From Phyllobates terribilis (Eukaryota): DNA of 64,000 nucleotides. The position numbers and the translations under genes were made by a program. The DNA is taken from the NCBI RefSeq assembly GCF_046119375.1, contig NW_027362767.1, positions 127,410,001 through 127,474,000 on the forward strand, in the 5' to 3' direction. This document shows positions 56,178 to 64,000 of this stretch, one piece after another; position 1 is the stretch's first letter, and each line of letters opens with the position of its first letter. The notes beneath the pieces are model-generated. The model was not told the origin of the DNA and searched no databases. It was given only the letters and a program-made list of their open reading frames with translations.

Positions 56178-56301
56178 TTACTCTTTATGCAGACACCATA
56201 CAAGTGTTTGGCCAACCCCCGTCATACTAACCACACGGAAGCCAAGATTTTCAAGCCTGTTCAGGGTCACACGAGGGGGCTCGTTAACAACATATTCAGC
56301 A
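56178..56301 (-). CDS. GCHFR: GCHFR last coding exon
   Basis: tttttttcag|T GCT GAA...GAG TAA; MTGVGQTLVWCLHKE*. Confidence 0.96.
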
Positions 56302-59300
56302 CTGAAAAAAAACAGAAGAACACATTAATCCATACATCACAATTCATGGTCTTTGTCCTTTAAGAGGATCTGTCACCAGGTCGTGACCAGTTTTTGCTCT
56401 TATTTTATTCCTGAGTCTACTGGGTGGTTGTTTTGTTTTTATTTAAATCCGCCATATGGTTCCTGAATTCTGGGCCCTTTTATCTAATGTTAATAAATAT
56501 GGTCTTAACAAGGGGGTGTGGTTGGCGGGATTCCCCGGGGGCGTGGTTGGCGGGATTCCCCGGGGGCGTGGTTGGCGGGATTCCCCGGGGGCGTGGTTGG
56601 CGGGATTCCCCGGGGGCGTGGTTCGCGGGATTCCCCGGGGGCGTGGTTGGCGGGATTCCCCGGGGGCGTGGCTTGCGGGATCCTTTAGACTGCTACATGT
56701 TTGCTTTATTGGTAAACTGTGAAAATAAAAGGGCCCATATTTCTGAAACCATATGATTAAAAAAAAAAAAAAAGATACGGAATAATCTGGGGAACAGCTG
56801 CAATAAAATAACTGAAAATGGTCACTGGTGACAAGTCCTCATTAAAGGGGTAATCCGGCTCTACTGCCACCCATATCGGAGGAGGGCAGAGGCCGGTAAC
56901 CTCGCTTCTACAGGTACCTGATACTCGATCATGCACCTTTGAAATTGCACATGGTCCGTCACCCCTCCCCTAAGGGGGTCCCTCAGATGGCCTCGTAATT
57001 GGCAGTGGTTAAATACCTTAATCCTAATATCCATTGTACGTTTGGGGTACGTTCACACTTAGTTTTTGGAGCAGACACTGAGCTGAAACTCCCAAGTTTT
57101 TGAGGAGTATTTTGTAGTTTTTGGTTTAAAATCTCAGCAAAAATACTCGGTTTACACACCCTTATTTTGCCACGGTACGTTGGTATTATCTGAACACTGT
57201 ATGGCAGCATTAATTACATACTGTTTATTATCTTATAGCCCAGGGCATCATATCATATTAGGCATTTTAATTCTGGTTTTCTGCACGATCATAGGAACAA
57301 AACAACATCATTAATGGGAGTGCTGGATCCATTACGCACACACACCAGCAGCAGCGCCCAAAGGACTCCATTGACTATAATGAGGTCCATTGCAGTTCCA
57401 CCATTTTGGGTTGGATCTGTAACAGCGGCCCCAACACTGATGTGAACAGAGCCTAAGTCTGCCCGGCCGACACACAATAGTTTCATACAAATAATCTTAC
57501 AAATTATTTCCCAGCACGGTCCTTCTGACTGCTCCAAGTTGCTCCATTAAATGTGGATCAGAACATTCATCCCCAACGATTGTAGGGCCGATTTCCTTAA
57601 AATAAAAAAAGAAAAAAAAACACATGATCACGATGTAATCATTTATGGAGAAATGCAGGTCACGTTTAGATATTAAGGAGCCGATTCATCAAGGCCTATA
57701 CACCAGAAAATTGGCGTAAAAGTCGCAATATTTTTGCTCGATGGGGAGTTGTGCAAATATTTAGTAACTTATGATTTTATTGTAAAGACAGGGCAATTTT
57801 TCATTTTTGCGCTTTAGATTTTTTCCTCTTTGTCCATGAGCCATAACTTTTTTTTATATATATATTTTCCATCAAACTTTTTTTGGGCGGGACAAGTTGT
57901 AGCTTTCAGATTTTACCATAATGTGAATGAAACGCAGTGCCTCCATTTGTATTTTTTGGAGATTTTTACAGGGGTGCAGAAATTGCTGTCCATAATGAAA
58001 GGGTGCAGGCACGCTCTCTTTATAAGTATATTTACCAAGAAAGTCTGTCCATCGCTAATAAAGCCGCCCACTGGACTCCTTGTGTTTCATAGTCGATAAC
58101 ACATTTTGGAGAACAATCCACAAAAAAAATCGGCTTCACTTTGCTTATATCCCCCAGCACAGGTTTATTTTTTTTTTTTAAAGGGATCCTTCACAATTAA
58201 GCATTGCCTATATGAAAAGTTTCCTGTAGTGCCAGAACATGAACGTGTCCAATACAAGTCTGGTAGTCTTGAACCGGGTTTGTTTCCACCAGTCCTGATC
58301 TTACTGCCTGAACCATGATATGGACCCTGGACCCTTTAACTCCAGGGTCGGGACGTCACGCACAGTCAACAGTTGCAGACAGAAGGAACAGAACTCAGAA
58401 TTCCCTAAACCTTTGGACTTCAGCGTCAGTCCCTATAGTGCAATCTCTTAATATTGTTACACAAAACATGGAAGTTTTTCAGTGAAGTCAACACTCGGAG
58501 ATGTTCTTGACAAAGCCATCAACTGGGAAAATAATGAGTTTATTGTTTTACAAGGACACAGCTGTGAGCGCTGACCCGCTCCATAGTCGCGGCTTCTCTT
58601 ATATACAGATGTTCTGTGCACGCACCCTGAAACCGGAGACTTTGTGACTGAACTAAACTGACAACGAGGGTCCTAAGGGCAATGTCATAACTAATAAACC
58701 CCATGTTCACGGCCAAGCTCCTATTCACCCGGGGTCAGCCTGAGCCTAGCGACCCTTATTCTATTCTAACCAGAACTTTATATTGAGCTTGTACAGCTAT
58801 TAAAGGGATTGTCCAGTCCTCTGATAAAGTCTGTGTGACTGCAGACCTCTGAATCCTGACAGTGTGCGGCGCGCAGGAGCCTGCAAGCGGTCACATGACG
58901 ACTAGACGTGCTTGTCCTTTCTCAATATAAGTGCGCTCGGAGGACGAGTACGTCTAGTCTGACATGTTTCAAATTGCTTACATGTGGTCGCCCGTTCGCA
59001 TCGGCAATACCGGAGAATTCTGACAGTCAATCAATTGTTTGTACTCCTCTCGAATTCCTAAAATCTTGACACAAATCCTTTTTGCTCATCTAAACTGTCC
59101 TTATGAAGACAGCCAACAACAGACCTTCCGGGTCGATTCCTATGGGAGAGCATGACGCTTACATGTTTGCAAATATCTCAACTGTGCAGCGAGATAAGAC
59201 AGACTGCTCTCCACAGTGAGAGTGCAACATCCGTGTCTGAACACGCTCCTACTACCTACTGCGGATGCCACTCGGCGATGGTAGCAAGTTTCAGTTTAAC

Positions 59301-62300
59301 TTTAGGATTAATGGGACTTGTTGTCCCAGTTTATCCATTTTGCTGGTTATCAGTGTAATTAGCTCTCTGTGGGAAGTCATATAGTTATAGTTTACACTTA
59401 CTCTGGTTCACACCTGCTGCTCTGATCTGAATTTTTTGGTTTATTCCAGGCATAGACCTCAACTTGTGTTTTGACTACCCTTCATTCTCGGCCAGCTCGC
59501 CCCACTGACCAGCAGCCACTCCTTGGATGCAACCCAGGGGGCCCTGCATAAGTCCCAATCCCTGTATAAAGGGTAAAGGCCAGGCTCCCAGGCAGAAAGC
59601 TGTCCATGGAAGCCCTTTTAAGAGCAGCCAGCCTTCCACTAACAGTGCATTGGTGACATTGCCCCATTCTTTTTATTACCGCCACTAGAACAGGGAAGTC
59701 AAACTCAAACACACAGAGGGCCAAAATGAAAAACTTAGACAAAGTCGCAAGCCAACCAATATATAGTAAAGCGGGGCCCCGCATAGTCCTCCATACAGTA
59801 TAGCGGGGCCCCGCATAGTCCTGCATACAGTATAATGGGCTCCATACAGAATAATGAACCCCACATAGTCCTCCATACAGTATAATGGGCTCCATACAGA
59901 ATAACGAACCCCACATAGTCCTGCATACAGTATAAAGGGCCCCACATAGTCCTCCATACAGAATAACGAACCCCACATAGTCCTCCATACAGTATAACGG
60001 GCCCCACATAGTCCTCCATACAGTATAACGGGCCCCACATAGTCCTCCATACAGTATAACGGGCCCCACATAGTCCTCCATACAGTATAACGGGCCCCAC
60101 ATAGTCCTCCATACAGTATAACGGGCCCCACATAGTCCCCCATACAGTATAACGGGCCCCACATAGTCCCCCATACAGTATAACGGGCCCCACATAGTCC
60201 CCCATACAGTATAACGGGCCCCACATAGTCCCCCATACAGTATAACGGGCCCCACATAGTCCCCCATACAGTATAACGGGCCCCACATAGTCCCCCATAC
60301 AGTATAACGGGCCCCACATAGTCCCCCATACAGTATAACGGGCCCCACATAGTCCTCCATACAGTATAATGGCCTCACATAGGGCTAGTGGTTCTGGTGT
60401 TGCAGGTCAAATAAAACAACTCTGGGGGCCAGATTTGGCACACAGGCCAGAGTTTGACATGTATGCTCTAGAAGCTCCAGAGGACGGCCTGTGTGGGATT
60501 TCTATAGGGGCTATATCCCATACATATGAGCTTAGTGTAGGTATGGGCTGATCACACTCTCTTAACAATGTCCTAACACTGAAAGTTGGAGCCTTTATGA
60601 ATTCGGATATTATGCAACATTTTAGCACCAGAAGCAAAAACTAAACAACGCGATTGATTCTAATCAATGATGCTTTTTCCTAGTATTGGACAACCCCCGC
60701 ACTGCCATGACTGACACCGTATTATTAACCATCCTCCTGGCGAGCCGGCACAGACCTGGGCTGAAATGTAATAATGGGAGATACAGTCGGCTCGGGTCCA
60801 TTACCGAGAAGCCCCGAGGTGGACACCAACAGGAAGGGTCTCGAGGGACAGACGAGAGGGACAGACGAGAGGGACAGACGAGAGGGACAGACGAGAGGGA
60901 CAGACGAGAGGGACAGACGAGAGGGACAGACGAGAGGGACAGACGAGAGGGACAGACGAGAGGGACAGACAAGAGGGACAGACAAGAGGGACAGACGAGC
61001 TACTAAAGAGATAGACATTTCCAATAAAGTAATAAATAGACATTGTAATGTCTGGTCTGACACTTGAATAATTATTTTCCAGGCACTGATGGCTTAAAAA
61101 TAATAAACAGAGGTGTCCTCACCCTTCAGCACTCCTTATGGACCCCGGAAGTCTGGGCTGGCTCCGATAGAGGTCTGTTCCGTTAGAAAGCTACCAAGAC
61201 CGCTGCAGCGCGTCATTGTTTTTCCTCTGATTATGTTCTTCTAGTCAGATGACCACTGCAGTCAGTCAATCACAAGCTGCAGCGGGGTCCTGGTAACTTC
61301 CAAAATCAGCAGGCATCATTACTGGGGCCGCCGGCACTTGGTTCTATTATTATAAACCATTGATGCCTAGAAAAAAATATAGATTTCTGTGGTGGAAAAC
61401 TCTTTTAAACAGATTATTAGAATTAGATAGAGGATTTAACGAATGTGCAGCTCCATCAGCGAGGACGACTCTCTGCACAGCACTTCTCTGGGTCGTACTG
61501 CTGTGTGCACAGGACGCTGCGGTCAGCTCCCCGTATAGTCTCTGCTCCTTCCCTCCAGCACTGGAGCAGTAATGTCCTGCACATGTCATATATGCAGTAT
61601 GCACAGAAATATTATATTAGCAGCTACAGAGGCTGCAGGACTCGCTGGTTTGTGTGTTATTCAGTAATAGCAGCGCCTGTTCACACTTCTTTTATTCTAT
61701 TTGAAGGTGCTGGTCAGATTTTTGTAGAGAGAGATAGAGACAGAGAGAGAGATGATAGATAGATAGAAAGATAGATAGAGACCAAAACTTTGGACACACC
61801 TTCTCATTTTAAAAAATTTCTGTATTTTCATGACTATGAAAATTGTACATTCACACTGAAGGCATCAAAACTATGAATTACCACATGTGGAATTATATAC
61901 TTAACAAAAAAGTGTGAAACAACTGAAAATATGTCTTATATTCTAGGTTCTTCAAAGTAGCCACCTTTTGCTTTGATGACTGCTTTGCACACTCTTGGCA
62001 TTCTCTTGATGAGCTTCAAGAGGTAGTCACCGGAAATGGTCTTCCAACAATCTTGAAGGAGTTCCCAGAGATGCTTATCACTTGTTGGCCCTTTTGCCTT
62101 CACTCTGCAGTCCAGCTCACCCCAAACCATCTCGATTGGGTTCAGGTCTGGTGACTGTGGAGGCCAGGTCATCTGGCGTAGCACCCCATCACTCTCCTTC
62201 TTGGTCAAATAGCCCTTACACAGCCTGGAGGTGTGTTTGGGATCATTGTCCTGTTGAAAAATAAATGATGGTCCAACTAAACGCAGACCGGATGGAATAG

Positions 62301-63776
62301 CATGCCATTGCAAGATGCTGTGGTAGCCATGCTGGTTCAGTATGCCTTCAATTTTGAATAAATCCCCAACAGTGTCACCAGCAAAGCATCCCCACACCAT
62401 CACACCTCCTCCTCCATGCTTCATTGTGGGAACCAGGCATGTAGAGTCCATCCGTTCACCTTTTCTGCGACGCACAAAGACACGGTGGTTGGAACCAAAG
62501 ATCTCAAATTTGGACTCATCAGACCAAAGCACAGATTTCCACTGGTCTAATGTCCATTCCTTGTGTTCTTTAGCCCAAACAAGTCTCTTCTGCTTGTTGC
62601 CTGTCCTTAGCAGTAGTTTCCTAGCAGCTATTTTACCATGAAGGCCTGCTGCACAAAGTCTCCTCTTAACAGTTGTTGTAGAGATGTGTCTGCTGCTAGA
62701 ACTCTGTGTGCCATTGACCTGGTCTCTTATCTGAGCTGCTGTTAACCTGCGATTTCTGAGGCTGGTGACTCGGATAAACTTATCCTCAGAAGCAGAGGTG
62801 ACTCTTGGTCTTCCTTTCCTGGGGCGGGCCTCATGTGAGCCAGTTTCTTTGTAGCGCTTGATGGTTTTTGCAACTGCACTTGGGGACGCTTTCAAAGTTT
62901 GCCCAATTTTTCGCACTGACTGACCTTCATTTCTTAAAGTAATGATGGCCACTCATTTTTCTTTACTTAGCTGCTTTTTTCTTGCCATAATACAAATTCT
63001 AACAGTCTATTCAGTAGGACTATCAGCTGTGTATCCACCAGACTTCTGCACAGCACAACTGATGGTCCCAACCCCATTTATAAGGCAAGAAATCCCACTT
63101 ATTAAACCTGACAGGGCACACCTGTGAAGTGAAAACCATTTCCGGTGACTACCTCTTGAAGCTCATCAAGAGAATGCCAAGAGTGTGCAAAGCAGTCATC
63201 AAAGCAAAAGGTGGCTACTTTGAAGAACCTAGAATATAAGACATATTTTCAGTTGTTTCACACTTTTTTGTTAAGTATATAATTCCACACGTGTTAATTC
63301 ATAGTTTTGATGCCTTCAGTGTGAATGTACAATTTTCATAGTCAGTAAAATACAGAAAAATCATTAAATGAGAAGGTGTGTCCAAACTTTTGGTCTGTAC
63401 TGTAGATAGATGGATCGAGCAGACAGTGGTTGCCGACCTCCTTTCTATATCTGTGGATAGTGTCAGCTCTGTCTTGTGTATAGCTCTCTCTCTCTCTCTC
63501 AGCAGTGCTGCTGGTGGCTGCAGCTCAGGGATGGCACACAGCATCCATCTGTCCGTGCTCTCCCCCTGTGTATAGCAGCACACGTGTGCAGCAGCAGGTA
63601 TAGCCCCATTCACACATGCACAGGTCATGCGGTAAGTGAGCGCGGAATGTACCAGCAGACAATGAATGCTCCCATGTACGGCTGATGATGAGGGTGATAA
63701 CAGGCGGTGCTGCAGAACACCGTGTACACTGAGCGCTCACCATGCGGATCTGGGTGCTGATCAGTATGTAGGGCAT
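56178..63776 (-). CDS. GCHFR: GTP cyclohydrolase I feedback regulatory protein (GFRP), 84 aa; complement(join(56178..56301,57501..57595,63741..63776))
   Basis: Three exons (36+95+124 = 255 nt) translate to MPYILISTQIRM / EIGPTIVGDECSDPHLMEQLGAVRRTVLGNNF / AEYVVNEPPRVTLNRLENLGFRVVSMTGVGQTLVWCLHKE*. This closely matches the vertebrate GFRP family. Confidence 0.97.
56360..56845. mobile_element. TTAA-type MITE carrying the 25-bp GC-rich minisatellite
   Basis: TTAA-GAGGATCTGTCACCAG ... CTGGTGACAAGTCCTCA-TTAA; same family as 26116..26514. Confidence 0.6.
56512..56672. repeat. 25-bp GC-rich minisatellite, about 6.5 copies
   Basis: Unit GGGGCGTGGTTGGCGGGATTCCCCG. Confidence 0.95.
57044..57453. mobile_element. 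PIF/Harbinger-like MITE ending about 50 bp from the GCHFR exon 2 donor
   Basis: GGGGTACGTTCACACT ... GATGTGAACAGAGCC|TAA. Confidence 0.45.
57501..57595 (-). CDS. GCHFR: GCHFR coding exon 2
   Basis: attttaag|GAA...TT|gtaaga; EIGPTIVGDECSDPHLMEQLGAVRRTVLGNN. Confidence 0.96.
59691..60465 (+). mobile_element. hAT non-autonomous element copy C with internal minisatellite
   Basis: CAGGGAAGTCAAACTC ... GAGTTTGACATGTATG; 8-bp TSD CACTAGAA / CTCTAGAA (7 of 8 match). Confidence 0.75.
60843..60999. repeat. 13-bp minisatellite x12
   Basis: Unit GAGGGACAGACGA. Confidence 0.95.
61779..63402 (-). mobile_element. Tc1/mariner DD38E (Intruder-type) transposon copy 3, near full-length
   Basis: About 270-bp TIRs. 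The transposase frame 61936..62988 (350 codons plus stop) has one in-frame TGA at codon 12. Triad WSDESKF / QQDNDPKH + 38 aa + E. The right end is TGTACTG|TA; the left terminal bases merge into a (GATA)n tract. Confidence 0.95.
63741..63776 (-). CDS. GCHFR: GCHFR coding exon 1
   Basis: ATG CCC TAC...CGC ATG|gtgagc; MPYILISTQIRM. Confidence 0.96.
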
Positions 63777-63902
63777 GATGATGATGATGCCGGCACCTGC
63801 TGCTCCTGTCCGGCCGCCGCCGTCGCCTCTCCGCTGTCACTGTGTCACCGCAGCCATCACCACAGCTGACCTTCGGCATCCAGACCCGCCTCCACGTCTC
63901 CA

Positions 63903-63934
63903 CCAATAGGAGGGCGCACATGTCCGTGACGTCA
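63903..63934. promoter_or_regulatory. GCHFR proximal promoter: CCAAT box and palindromic CRE
   Basis: CCAAT at 63903..63907 and TGACGTCA at 63927..63934, 125-160 bp upstream of the ATG in CpG-rich sequence. Confidence 0.6.
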
Positions 63935-64000
63935 TGGGGGCGTCGCCCTCACATCGTTCTGTCAGGTGGAGGTGCGTGCGGCGCAGGAGGAGGAGACTGG

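Noticed and set aside
59482-60378. 298-aa ORF (and similar ORFs at 41122-41831)
   Set aside because: Translation of the hAT-borne 31-32-bp minisatellite.
61936-62952. 338-aa ORF as an intact, active transposase
   Set aside because: The track ORF starts at GTG. The real ATG is at 62988 and is followed by an in-frame TGA at 62953..62955.
1-64000. tRNA, rRNA or snoRNA genes
   Set aside because: No recognisable cloverleaf, A/B-box pair or rRNA signature seen by eye; a tRNAscan-SE/Infernal run would be needed to exclude them formally.

Overview
Vertebrate genomic DNA, most likely from a frog (inferred from gene orthology and the transposon/MITE repertoire). Four spliced protein-coding genes were reconstructed by hand with phase-consistent GT-AG junctions: PPP1R14D (+, last 3 coding exons only), ZFYVE19/ANCHR (-, 11 exons, 432 aa), DNAJC17 (+, 11 exons, 304-309 aa) and GCHFR (-, 3 exons, 84 aa). 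Their order and orientation match the human 15q15 block. ZFYVE19 and DNAJC17 share a ~400-bp bidirectional promoter carrying three ZNF143-type motifs. Introns and intergenic DNA are dense with DNA transposons: three copies of a DD38E Tc1-like element, two other Tc1-like elements, hAT/Harbinger/TTAA-type MITEs, a piggyBac-like element and probable solo LTRs. There are also more than ten distinct minisatellites, several of them inside transposons. Almost all long ORFs in the ORF track are repeat or transposon artefacts. No new multi-gene system is supported. The best second-look items are a minimal hammerhead ribozyme candidate, a tail-to-tail DD38E palindrome, a 28-bp micro-inversion that flips a transposase start codon, and minisatellites that multiply TF-site or splice-site motifs. 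All coordinates were read by eye; similarity statements were not computed.
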